Assembly: GCA_003971905.1 (NCBI GenBank)
Contig: RSEE01000004.1
Span: forward strand, 1,302,001-1,332,068
DNA: 30,068 nt
Origin: Moniliella sp. 'wahieum'
Taxonomy: Eukaryota
Direction of reading: 5' to 3'
Shown: in pieces, positions 1-11,589 of the stretch
How positions within the stretch are numbered: position 1 is the first letter of the stretch
Layout of the letters: each line of letters starts with the position of its first letter
Notes under the pieces: generated by a model
Told to the model about the DNA's origin: nothing
The model's input: only the letters and a program-made list of their open reading frames with translations
The model's database searches: none
Position numbers and translations under genes: made by a program

Positions 1-68
1 AACGCAAACACGCGGCAACAATCCCTTTCCTTTTGCGCCAAGCGTCGGGAGGGACTGCCGGGGTCAGG

Positions 69-640
69 TCACGCGTCACGAGGATCTGCGTGACGTACCG
101 TGGCGTACGTGTGACGGGTAACGTGGCCGGAATCCAAGCGACTGGCTGAGGGGCGCAGGGCGCGTGCCCTCAATCTATCACATATCACACCGGCAGCGGG
201 GCCTCGGCAATTGGGTGGGGCCTGCTGGGGCTCTGGGCTGGGCTGCCTCAGCCTCAGCGCTCAGCCTCAGCGCTCAGCCTCAGCGCTCAGCCTGGCATGC
301 CACACGACGCTGGGGGGACACAGACACACTGCCTGGCCGGGCGCCATGTCTGCCTACCTGCCCATGCGGCATGTGGCCGACGACCGGCTTGCTCCAACAG
401 GCAGGAGTGGTCGGCTCGAATCTTGGAACGCTGCAGGCACCGCAGCGCACAGCAGCGCTTGGCTGCACAGCCGCTCAGCACCAGCTCTGCAATTTCAAAT
501 GCTTCGCTGCCTCTGCGCAGCTCGGCGGCCGGGCCGACTGGGATCCCCCTCGGGTACGCAGGGTCGGGCACAGCACCAGTCTCCCCCCGCATTTCACAGA
601 TCTTCTCTTCTGGCTCGCGTATCCCGCCTCACGCGTCACG
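69..640 (+). promoter_or_regulatory. Two identical 12-mers TCACGCGTCACG (69-80 and 629-640), each containing an MCB-like ACGCGT core, upstream of the cyclin
   Basis: The exact duplication is seen in sequence, with extra GTGACG half-sites near 90 and 111. The MCB/MBF role is inferred from yeast G1/S promoters. Confidence 0.4.
245..292. repeat. Tandem repeat of alternating GCCTCA/GCGCTCA units (13-bp period, about 3.5 copies) upstream of the cyclin gene
   Basis: Read directly: gcctca gcctca gcgctca gcctca gcgctca gcctca gcgctca gcc. Confidence 0.9.
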
Positions 641-1066
641 CCTCTGGAAGCGCTAATAAGCGCAAAGCCCTGAGTAAGCGCAGGCCAGCGCAGGCCCACG
701 CAGTGCCACGCCGAACCCGCCTTCGCTTCCTGTTCGGGCAACAGCCGAGTGTGAGCCGTGTTTCGCACGCAGCCATCACCCATCGCCAATGCATCATCCT
801 CCAGCCTCCATCCTGCCGCCAACTTGTTCCCCGCCTGTTTCATCTGCTCCCTCGATTCGTCCACGCGCTCGTCCGTCTCGACCACCATCCCTCTCTCTTT
901 CTTCCTCCCCTCGCCCCCCTCATCCCCGCGTCCGTGCTGGCCACCGCGCATCTTGGCCTCTGCCTGCTACACCCTCCTCTTCCACCCACCCACCGCACCT
1001 GCTGATCGATCGCTGGCCGACCGCTCGCTCGCCCTTCCTCCTCTACAGCCCCCCCCCCCCCCCACC

Positions 1067-2219
1067 ATGTCCACTACCGCCACTGCTACCGCCATGGGCT
1101 TCACAGCCTCCCAGCTGCGTCGCCATCCCCAGCCTGCTCCCCCGTCTCGTCCACAACGTGTCCCTCCTGGACCTCATCAAGTGTCCCGTGTCCAACGACA
1201 TGGTCATCTACCTCGCCCACCACGCTGCCCACGTCATTGCCTGCACCGAGGTCGACTCCACCCTCCCTCCGTCGCGCTCGCTGTGCCCGGCGCCAACCCC
1301 CTCGATGTCGCCCACGCCGACCCAGCCGTACGGGCCCAGGTGGTGGCCTTCCTAGTCTCGACCGCTTCATCGCCCAGCTGGTTGAGCGGTCCAACGTCCA
1401 AGTCCCGACGCTGCTGTGCACGCTCATCTACCTTGCTCGGATCAAGTCGCGTCTGCCCAGCGTGGCCAAGGGCATGCCCTGCACCCGTCACCGTCTCTTC
1501 CTTGCTGCCCTGATCGTTGCCGCCAAGTACCTCAACGACTCGTCCCCGAAAAACAAGCATTGGTGTCGGTACGCCAACCTCTTCTCGCTGGCCGAGGTGA
1601 GCCTGATGGAGAAACAAATGCTGTACATTTTGGATTACGACCTGCGCATCGAGAGTCGGAGCTGTTGCCACTTTGCACCCTTTTTCCGCCACTTTGAACG
1701 GCCGGCCGATACGGGCCGGCGGGAAATGTACGTGTGGGGTGGAGGCCGGACGGGAACTGCACCGCTACGACGCCCGCGCCTCGGAGCGGCGCGTGTACCT
1801 CCGTTCCTGCCTGCGGAAGACGTTCCGTGCTGGAAGGAGATGGCACCGCCTACTCTGCCCTCTTCCGCCAGCAGCGGCACGGCACGACACTTGGCGCTTC
1901 CCTGGCCCGTGGCCACTCCTCAGGGAGCATCAACACGTCTGCCTCCTCGCCCGACTTGGTCGAGGACCATGCCAGTTCCTCGGGCGCGTCGTCCATGTCG
2001 TCTCCGATGGAGGAGATGCAGTCGTGCTCGGTCGCCCAACGGGACTGGCCTCCCCCCGCCCATCACCCTTCTCTTACCTCTCGTCCGGGCTACGGGGCGC
2101 ACGCCCCGGGGCAAGCTGGCCCTTGCCCGCCCTTACCATCCGGTCCAGTGCACCTGATGGAATCCAAGCCTGTTGAGCCCCATGTCTATCCTCCCCCTTC
2201 CCTGTCTACTGCGCGCTAG
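1067..2219 (+). CDS. Pcl1/Pcl2-family Pho85(Cdk5) cyclin, similar to Ustilago Pcl12; read across several apparent indels
   Basis: ATG at 1067 ([21 protein letters not shown]), then [38 protein letters not shown]. The cyclin box reads [37 protein letters not shown]...[59 protein letters not shown]. An S/P-rich tail runs to a stop near 2219; the 3' end is uncertain because of frameshifts. Confidence 0.9.
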
Positions 2220-4836
2220 CTCGACCAGTGCTGGCCCTACCAAGGGTCCCTGCGTACCATGGCTACCGCGCCTAACTGCCTTGCCTGAGTGTGTTTTCTC
2301 GGATCGTGTTTCGTTCTAGTCCGTCCCGTTCTCTTGCCTTCTTATTTCTCTTCTTTTACGCGTCTTTCTCCTATCCATGATCCTAGTGCCCTGTACTCCC
2401 TTCTCTTTTTTGGTTCTGCTCGTACGTGATGCATGTGCGGGGCATAGGCTCCGGCGTGGTTCCCTTATGTTTGAACGGGCGTGTGTGTGGTTGTGGACGC
2501 GTGTAGAGGGAAGAACGACGCAGGGAATACAACATGCGACTCTCGTCCCGATTACAATTCACGGCGTACTAGTCACACGCGCTGCCTTTGCGCCAGATTT
2601 CCAAACGGCCTGTAAATTAGCAGGTGTAATGGCCAATTGAGAAAACGGAATTGCAGGGCATGCAGACATCTGCTGTCTATGCTCACAGGAAGACGTATGC
2701 TATCTATACCGAGTAGTGGGGCAGGCAGGTTGCCCCCACAGCTTAGTACTAAGCTATTGATGGGGCAACTGCCGTCGCTGGCATTTCGATTAATGGCCAA
2801 ACAAGAAAGGACGCTCTGCATGTCCGAAGCCCCAAGCTCCAAAGAATATATATATGCGTACGTAGGGGGTGAAGCTCCGCAGCTGCCCTCCAACACACAA
2901 GCGAAGAAAACACGAGTTCCGAAGGAGGCCGTTAAATAGGGAATAGGAAAGGAACACACCCTTTTGGGCAGGGGCCGTCTCTCTAAGGTTATATCCGTTT
3001 TATGTCCATTATCGATTATCGATGAACGCGCTCGATCACGATTATCAATAATGGCCAGAACGCACACATGCTCAAAACGTCCAGAATATGCCATGTGGGT
3101 CTACGGGGCGGGTGGGGGGGGCTGTGTTCATAATGCCGTTCGAACCGGCATGGTGCATGAGACACCTGGAAAAGAGGCTCGAACACGGTGCGGTTCTATA
3201 GCGTGCCTTTTCTCTCTAGCTTCAGCGAGTGCACAGCCTGCGCGCCTGAGCGCCTGACTCATCTCGTCATCGCATTATATATACTTGCCCCTACGCCCCC
3301 TCCACCGGACCACAAGCCATCACTGTGCCATCTGGAACGCCCCCACTCCTCCCCAAGAGGCCTATTGCGTACCGAATCAAAAGCAAGGTGGATACGTCTC
3401 TGCAAAAGATTAGAGCCTATTCAGTCCCTACACTCCTGAGTCAGTCCCTTCCTCGCCTCGGTGATGCATGCAGTATGATGCGTGTCGTGGGGCGCCAAAA
3501 TGGTCCCCCGCAGTTAAAAGAACTACTGTCAATAAAAATCTTTTAAGGCCTCCGCGGCGGCGGTGATGATATACCCCTCCCTACTACTAGTAGTACTGGC
3601 GCTCAGCGCTGAGGTCAGCGCTCATTATCCACATCAAACAATGTGACGCCGGTTGGGCGCTGTACTCGCACTTTCCCCTCTGGCCACTAGAAACATATAT
3701 CGAGACCGAAAGGGCAGTCCGGCCCTGTGTGGGGATGCGATGGGGTATATTTCTTGCGGGGCCTCGGCAAAAAGGCGTATAATGTGGGGAGAGCATGGAT
3801 CAGAAGCGTCACGAAAGCGTGCGTTGTTGTGAGTCGGATATCATCCTCCCCTGGGAAATAATGGCGATCATATACCAGCCTGGATACTAGTCCTTCCGGA
3901 CGCAGCTCTAGGGCTTGTTAATCAACTGGTGGCAGATGGAGAGGGCTAAATAAGCACATGCCCAAAGATAGGTTTCGAACTGCTGGTGCGGTCGTGCGTG
4001 GGATTATCCGGCCCCCACCCCGCCGGACCTTCAGACATTCATATATGAGGAGCGCTGCGGCGGTAGCCTCTGTCGGTTGTAGATCGGCAAAACTGGCGGT
4101 GGTCTGTCGGCGGGGATTCATGCAACAGCGTTATGTGATCAGATGACACTCTATATATGAAGAGGAAAAGATATACCCAAAGACCTCGGCTCTATCATAT
4201 AGCTCTCCGGCGTGTGTGTGCGTTGGTGTGGGTGCGGCGACAACACCGTCGCTCTCTCTTCGAGTGGCACTGCTTGCGCATATCAGCTGCTGCACTACGT
4301 CTGGCCAATAACCCATTAACTGCGTATTATAGGGTGCCTAACGCCATCAACCGCATTAGCATGTGCCTCAACCATATCCGCCTTCCCCCCTACCCAAATA
4401 CTCTGCTCTGCGTAGGCCCGTGCCACACAAGCCCCGAGCTCCAGGCGCATCAACGTTGCGGTATTATCCTAAGCTCAAGCAGACACCAGAGGGCCCTCGC
4501 AAAAAAGCTATTACTGCACTCTGTGTGCGCCCTGCGGTGTCTGCCGGAGTTACGCTGCCACTGCGCCACCTGCTACCACCAGCCCCACCATCCCAGGTCC
4601 CATCAGGCCCGCGCTAGCCCATTATCCACCTCTGCCGACGCCCCCTTCTCTTCCCCTCATCCTTCTTGGCGCTACCGAGCTGTTGGGGGTGGCCTTTCGA
4701 GCCCTCGACCAAAACAGTGGCGGCTCCTCGTTCCTTCTCTACCATCAGACGCCGTCTGTTAGCTGCTGATTGGTTCTTGCGCCCACTTTGCGCTATACCC
4801 ACACCATCTATACGCCGCGGCCACCTCTCCCATCAT

Positions 4837-7800
4837 ATGCTTGACATGTGGTGCGTGGGTGCGGTCAGCAACAACAGCAGTCCAGACACCAGCCCGAACG
4901 CTGCTACTTCTTCTCCGGAAGCTACGGGGGAACTAGAAAGCGGCGTGACTCGCACAAACTCTCGCAATACCTCCTTGACTCACTTCGACTCATCGCCCCG
5001 GCCCAACAGCGGTCAGCCTCTTGTCGCCATGCCCGTGCTCGCAGTGGATCCGTCGGCACCCAAGCTCTTACACCGCGGACCAAGCTTCGGGCCCCCAACG
5101 CCCCACCCGAAACCGGATTGTGAGGGCGTTGACTCGACTCGCAGCAAGACGAGTACTAGTTCTACTGTCTTTCCCGGCACAACCGCCGCTGACAACAGTC
5201 CCGTCGCTGTGCCACAGCCCACTTCCTCGCTGACCCCAACAAATCCTCCCCGTCTTGTGCCATCTTGTGCTCGAACAGCCAAGCGAAAATCAAGGGCGGG
5301 CAAGGTTCAGTACGTTCGGGTTCTGGAAGCCTTCCTCCCGCCTCCGTACAGAAAAGATCGCCTCCGTCACCTCCTTGCCCACCCTGCTGGATCAGGCACA
5401 AGCATGTCGCCTCGACCGAAGCGGAGGCACTGGGGCACCAAGGCACCATCAAACCAGCTTCCAATCAACCCACCCCAGACCAAGTTTCCACGTTCTTCTT
5501 GCCGCCCAAGGACTCGGTCCCAGCCGGTTTAGGTCCTTCGGTACGCGAAGGATTGGCCCGAGCTACAACTATGATGCTCGCGCCCACCATCTCCTCTTCC
5601 ATCCCCCTACGTCGGTCTCGATCCGAATGTTCCATCTCCAGATTGGTGTACACTACCCACAACAACGAGGCAGCACGCGCCAAGCGTCCGTTGACTTCGC
5701 CGACATCGTCCGCGACAACGCCCGACAACGTCCGCGACAACGTCCCGAGTGGCAGAGGCCATAACGATCATGGTACGAAAGATTAGCGTGAAGCGGGGGA
5801 AGCGAGAAAAGCGCGACGACTTCGCCTTGCCCTCTCTTCCGGGTCACTCTTCCATTACAAAAGCCAACGCCGGTGCAGGGATGCGAGCCCGTTGGGTCGT
5901 AGGGGCTCTGTCGCTGCGAGAGGCGCATCTTCGTTGGCGCAACTTTCGCAGGCGCAGCTGCTGAGCAACAGGCCGACCACTGTGCCGGCTCTTGCGCATT
6001 CGGCAGTGCTTGAGCCACCAAACGAACCTGCCAATGAACCCACCCTCAGCCCTCGGGATCTCATCCCATTTTCTGTTCCGCCTCCACTCCAGGCGCGTCA
6101 AAGTCGGCGCAAAGCCATCGAAAATACCTCTGCCGACTGTTCCACCACCTCTTCCCAGGGGTCACCCATCTGCACGACAAGCCATGCGCCTGACGAAGAA
6201 CACCAGCCCTCTCCACCCACGCCGACGCCCATGCCCCAGCCTGCGCTGCCCCCGCCCCAGACAGCAGTACCACGACAAGCTCCAACGCTAGAGTCCTCTT
6301 CCACTGCCCTCCGGGGCGGCAATGTGTGCAAACCCGCCGGGTCAGCGCCTTGTCCAGCGCGTCCCGGCGCTTGTCGGCTGCGATCACGACCGATTGTTTG
6401 GCGGAGGTTCGGCACGCACGCCCACTCGCTCCGCCACCGCTCGGTCCAGGCTGGGGCTGAAGATGCCCACCTGGACACTACTACTCCTGCTGCATCGGAG
6501 GCCCGGCCGGCCCACCCATCTCACTTGTCCTTCATTGGAGATGACGCTACCTTCTACGCGCTGCTGGAACAGCTGCGAGAAAGTTACTGTGCGTCCTTTC
6601 CCGCCTCCGCGGCCTCTCCTAGCCCGCCTCTTCAGCCCACCGAGACCAGCGCGTCCCCCCCCCCCCGCTTCGGCCCTTGTCCGCCTTGTCGACCGATAGC
6701 AGCCAGAGCACGGGAGCGTCCATTCGCCCTGCATCACCGCCTCTCGCAGTTTATCGGGCTCGACGCAGACGACGATGCGGTCAGGCTGGGGAGCGGACAA
6801 AAGGACGGGACACCAACCTCCAAGGGGGGGGTCGGAACAGACCGGCAGCAGCTTTTACACCCTCACCTGAATCCATTACGTCCCTCATTCGCCCTCGGAC
6901 CCCACATCGCAATATGGCGGGAAGCCTTTGCTCCGTGACGCCTCGGATTCCGAGCACGTTGCGACCCATCGACCAGGTTCACCCGTGCCACCAAGCGCCC
7001 CCGCCTCTGGATCACACCACTCCAACTCGGTCACTTCGTCGGACACGTTGCCAGTGCTGTCTGACCCAAGCGGTGCCAAGCTGGAGCACGACACTGGCGC
7101 TGTCGGATCGGTGCAGCGCAAACCAATTCGTTCTGGAGCGGTTCGGCCACGGGGCTGCTGAAGCGCCAGTCCATTCCCGATCCTGAGGCCTTTGCTCTGC
7201 CCAGAGTGGGTCAAGTGTCAGGCCAAGATTCGGTGACCGTGGACCGTCGTCGTACGTTTACTGACGACGCAGCGTGGCGAAAAGAGGTACACGCTCTCTT
7301 TGTCATTCGTGAACTCATTCTGGGGGAACGGTCGTATGTGCGGTACATGGATGGCCTCTTGGCGACCGTTCGGGCTGTCTTGGGCAAGAACGAGGAGGCA
7401 GAAGGCCTCGACGTGGCGCCAGGAGCAGGAGCAGGAGCAGGGGACGCGCTGGCGAGTGCGCCTCCCTCCACTGATCACCTTGGCTACAACTCTCCGCGAG
7501 TGATTGGGGTGAGCAAGCGGCTCCTGTCCCACATTGGAGCTCACGCCACCGCCGCCGGGGTAGGCATGGCATTTGCGGATGTGGCGCCCCACCTGGAAGC
7601 AACATTGGTGGACTGGAGCAAAGTTGTGCCCCAGGTTATGAGCGGGCTCAGTGCGTTCGAGCTCGAGTGCCCCAAGCCCAAAAAACGAAAAGAGACGGAC
7701 GATCCAACTCCATTCCACATCGGCCTAATCTCCGTTCGTCCCACCAGCTGCGTGGGCGAGACCCATCCCAACCTTTCCAACCCATCGACGATCCATGTAG

Positions 7801-8411
7801 CGCGACCTTCGCCCGCGCGCGCGCCCTCGCCTCGCGCCCAAGCCGACCTGATGAAAACGCTCTGGACTTGGATGAGGTCGACTTGTCCCTTGCCAGCTTG
7901 TCCTTTCATCTATCGACGCTTCCGTCGCACGATTCAAGCTCCCCCACATCGGGAGATGGGGGGTGGGTACAGGGCGACTCGACGGGAATGACCACGTCGA
8001 TGCCGTTGTTGTCGGCTACGTGGACTTGTGGTCCAGCGACATCTGCCTCGCTTGGGCCTTGCGAGCGACCGCCAACGGCCAAACGCAAGGCCAGCTTGCC
8101 TGCGCTCGGGTCCGCCAGCTGGCTGGAAACGGTACCGACAGGCAAGGACTTGTCTCCGTTTGACATTGTGATTATGCCGTACGTGGATAACGGCTGCTGC
8201 TTGTTCGCTTGTGCGTGGGGCAACACGAGGAGAACTTGCTGACTGACCAGAACCCATTTGGCAGGACACAACGTGTAATGAAGTACAGTCTTTTGCTCCA
8301 GAATCTGCAAACGGCCGCACCGGTCGGTAGCGACGCCCACAACCGTATTGAGTTAGCTCTCGATATGTCCGTCGCATCGCCTCCCTCTGCGATGAAGCAG
8401 TGCCAATGTGA
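4837..8411 (+). CDS. Large Ser/Pro-rich protein with a C-terminal Dbl-homology (RhoGEF) domain; intron 8179-8264; multiple apparent indels
   Basis: DH CR1-like segment FVIRELILGERSYVRYMDGLL (about 7300-7360). Splicing GTACGT(8179)...CTGAC...CAG(8264) restores the CR3-like LSPFDIVIMP|TQRVMKYSLLLQNL. One restored base gives the ending MSRRIASLCDEAVPM* (TGA ends 8411). The start ATG at 4837 is tentative. Confidence 0.72.
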
Positions 8412-8992
8412 AGACCATCCTTGTCCCATTCACCTCGGCCCTTGTTACTGCTTTCCTCTCTTTGTTTCGTCGACTTGGGAGTTGGGGCTCTCCATGAGAG
8501 AATGTTGGTGTGCAGCTGCATCAGGTTTGATGTTTGTCCCCATTCCCCCTGTCGTTGCCCACCCCCTCAGAAAAGGGGCATCTCATGCCTTTGGCATGGG
8601 AGTTTGCCTTGGTTCCTGTTTCGTTTGATCGCATTGTTTCTCGCGTCCTGAATGTATCTTGACCTGCCTGTTCCTGACTCTTAACCTGTATTTGTTTCCT
8701 CTTGCCCCCCAGGCTCGTGGCTGCCGCACGGGAACGGGGCCGTCGGGGTTCCGATTCGTGGGCTTGTCGGCTCCTCCTCGCCATTATCCATTCCTTCTGC
8801 TTCCCTTCTTTTTCCACACAATGTTGGGACTCTACATACGCTTCGTATCCAAACTGATCTTGTCACTGCATGAGTAGCGGTCTGTTAATAGGCTAGATGA
8901 CAAAGAACGACCCAGTCCCCCAGGAGAACAACGCGCACAGTAGAGGATCAATGCATCTGCCCAGCAGGGATGGAAGGGACGCGCATAAGGCA

Positions 8993-9516
8993 TTACTTGG
9001 TGGTAACCCCAGCGTCTTTGAGGGCCTTGCTCAGCTCCCCGGACTGGTACACTGCCCACCGAGATGCAACGTCAGTACTCCATCCTTTGCCACACCTGAG
9101 AAAATACACGTACTTTGCACAACAATGTCCGCGCCTCCGACAAACTCGCCATCGAGGTACATCTGGGGGAAGGTGGGCCAGTCGGAGTACTCCTTCATGC
9201 TCTGCCGCAGCTCATCGTCCGCCAAGACATTGTACGACTGGATCTTGGACGGGGGCACATCGGCCATGTCGAGGACGGTGACCACGCGGCGGCTGAATCC
9301 GCACATGGGCGCTTCGAGCGTGCCCTTGATAAAGACGACCAGCGGCTTGGCCTTGACAGCAGCGTCAATCTTGGACCGCGTCTCGGCCGACAGCAGGCGC
9401 ACCTGGCCCGCCGACAGGGCCGGGCGCATGGCAGCAACCGACGCAGGTGCACCGGCACGCGGGATCGCACGCAGCGGGACGGTGGAACGCACAAGGCCAA
9501 AGGCAGAGCGCAGCAT
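8993..9516 (-). CDS. GRX5: Mitochondrial monothiol (CGFS) glutaredoxin Grx5; exons 9516-9114 and 9051-8993
   Basis: Arg/Ala/Ser-rich presequence-like N-terminus MLRSAFGLVRSTVPLR, followed by KGTLEAPMCGFS, WPTFPQMYLDGEFVGGADIV. The 62-nt intron 9113-9052 (GTACGT..ACTGAC..CAG) restores MYQSGELSKALKDAGVTTK*. The frame is intact. Confidence 0.96.
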
Positions 9517-9975
9517 GGTGGAACACAAGTGGTGGTGGGGTGGCAAGAACGAACGTGTGGGCCTCTCCTCCCCCTTCCGATACGCAAGCCGCCGCTTGGC
9601 CTATACGCCCGGCCCGCCTTACCTCCGGTCCTTCTGGCCGCCACCAGCCGTCGGCATCCTGACGTAATCGCTCCCTTGCACCGACTGGGCGGCTTCTCGC
9701 GTCTCAACCATTTATAATCAACCGTGGGATGCATGAAGCTGTTCGGAACCATCAAGCCAGCGTGTCCCATTGCAATTAACCACCGGCTGCTATGCTCTGC
9801 CCTGGACTGGACTGACTACTGAGTACTGACTGACAATGGCTATACGCATCCTGCACGCTGTGCAGATGCCAAGACGACTATTACACAGAAGGCCATGGGA
9901 CGTGGAATACCAGTGCATTGATCACACAACGATGGCCAACGTCAGCGACACCCAGGGACAAGTTTGGGGGGTAGC

Positions 9976-10557
9976 TTAGTTGTCGGCAAAGATCCAGGAG
10001 AAGTTGGCGGTCTGGTACGAGGCAAGCTCCTCGGGCTTGAACCAGAGGCTAATCTCCTTCTCCGCGCTCTCGGCCGAGTCAGAGGCGTGGATGAGGTTGC
10101 GGCCGACCGAGATGGCGTACTTGCCACGGATGCTGCCGGGCTGGTCAGCGGCAACAAGCGGGTTGGTGGCACCCACCATCTTGCGGCCCTGCTTGACCAC
10201 ATCGGTACCCTGCCAGACCATGGCGACAACGGGGGTGCCGCAGGTAATGTACTCGACGAGCCCGGCGAAGAAGGGCTTGCCGGCAAGGTCGGCGTAGTGC
10301 CTGGAAAAGGGGGGGGGGGCAAGTCAGGATCGGAAGAGGGGCAGCAAGGAGGGAAACCGCCGGGAAGGGAGAACGTACTGCTTGGCCAGCTCCTGGCTGG
10401 GCACGACCATCTTGAGGCCGGCCAGCAGGTAGCCGCGCTTCTCGAACGTGGAGATGATCTCGCCGATGAGCTGGCGGGCAGTGCCGTCAGGCTTGATCAT
10501 GATGTAGCTGCGCTCGCTGGGCGTGCCCGTGACGCCGGCAATGGACTGGGACGACAT
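9976..10557 (-). CDS. NDK1: Nucleoside diphosphate kinase; exons 10557-10379 and 10300-9976
   Basis: [16 protein letters not shown], then [12 protein letters not shown] across the 78-nt intron 10378-10301 (GTACGT..CTGAC..CAG), PGSIRG, the active-site His motif [10 protein letters not shown], and EISLWF. The frame is intact. Confidence 0.97.
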
Positions 10558-10615
10558 GGTGGACAGACAGAGGTGTGTGGTGAGAAGGGGGAGAGAGCCT
10601 GGACGGCCGCGGAGC

Positions 10616-10621
10616 TTTATA
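10616..10621 (-). promoter_or_regulatory. Candidate TATA box (TATAAA) about 60 nt upstream of the NDK1 ATG
   Basis: An isolated TATAAA in very GC-rich context, followed by a pyrimidine-rich leader. Confidence 0.55.
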
Positions 10622-11589
10622 GCTGGGCGGCGGAAGGGGGGGCGAGGCGGCGCGCGCACAAAGAAGCTTTGGGTGGCTCACTGGCCCTGCGGGGTGGAGA
10701 GGACTGGGACAGGCTCCGAAGCGGGCACCGCACCCTGCAACGTGGAAGGCCGGGAGCGCACGGGCGCGCCTCTGCGCCAGTGTTCGTTCGCGCCTTCGAG
10801 TCCAGTCGATCCCGCTCCCTGCGGCGTCCCTATGGCCCAACGCAGCTGGGCCAACCCTAGCCCTGTGCGGGTGTGGCGCCGTGCGGTGCAGTGGTGCGCC
10901 CACCGCTTCGATGAGGAGGCCTCGCTAGGCTCGCTCCGCGCAGCGGAAACAGCACCTTGTCTGCACGCTTCAAGCCCCATCCGCAGCACTGGCCAGCCAA
11001 CACGCACATCCGCCAGGGGCGCCGATGGGGCTTCTGGCTGCTGTTCGATGCGGCCCTCGCAGGGCCAGACTACTATTTCGTTCCTCCGGGACGAAGAGAT
11101 GGGCGGGAGGCGAGAGGAAATGTTGTGGAAAATAGGGAAAAAAGGACTAATAAAAACAAACCCCATTTGGAGGCTGGAGAACAGACGCAAACCTGCCGCC
11201 ATCGCCTGGAGTAGCCATTGCAACCAACAGCATCGGTGTGGACGTAGAGCCTTGAAGGGGTGAGGGTGAGGCCTAGAGCAACTGTCCTCGGGGTCCCTCC
11301 CTGGGCCCGGCAGGAGATGGTCGCAAAAGAAGCGGGCCAAGGTCGGAATTTATACGAAAGCAGGCCCCGGGCGGAATGGGGCGCGGCTTACCTCAGCAGA
11401 CGGGAATTTTTCAAGGGGGCACGGGGCGCGCTGGGTGCGCTGGCCGGCCGAGAGGCACCGCAGGCACTCGGCCAGAGGAAAGGCCGACCGGACAGACGCT
11501 CGCCACGTCCGCCCTTCCACCACCACCACCACCACCATCCCCCACGCCCCGTCTTGGCTTGCTGCCAGCCGCCCCTGCCACCACCCGGG

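Noticed and set aside
164..1005. Long overlapping ORFs upstream of the cyclin, and most antisense or alternative-frame ORFs in the track
   Set aside because: They show no recognisable domains, many start at GTG/TTG, and stop-free shadow frames are expected at this GC content.
9802..9835. (ACTG)n-like tract between NDK1 and GRX5 as snoRNA D boxes
   Set aside because: I found no matching C box (RTGATGA) or terminal stem; it looks like a degenerate microsatellite.
10324..10345. TCAGGATCGGAAGAGGGGCAGC, resembling SRP RNA helix 8
   Set aside because: It is simply the antisense of the NDK1 intron branch and pyrimidine tract, and no other SRP structure surrounds it.
10851..10864. CCAACCCTAGCCCT as a possible telomerase RNA template
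   Set aside because: It does not match a TAACCCTAA-type template, and I recognised no supporting structure.
11317..11589. In-frame upstream ATG that would add a His7 tract ((CAC)n at 11518-11538) to the Set3-like protein
   Set aside because: A TATA-like TTTATA at about 11349 and the shared 13-mer lie downstream of that ATG, so the region looks like promoter and leader. A CAC microsatellite also occurs in the AKR leader.
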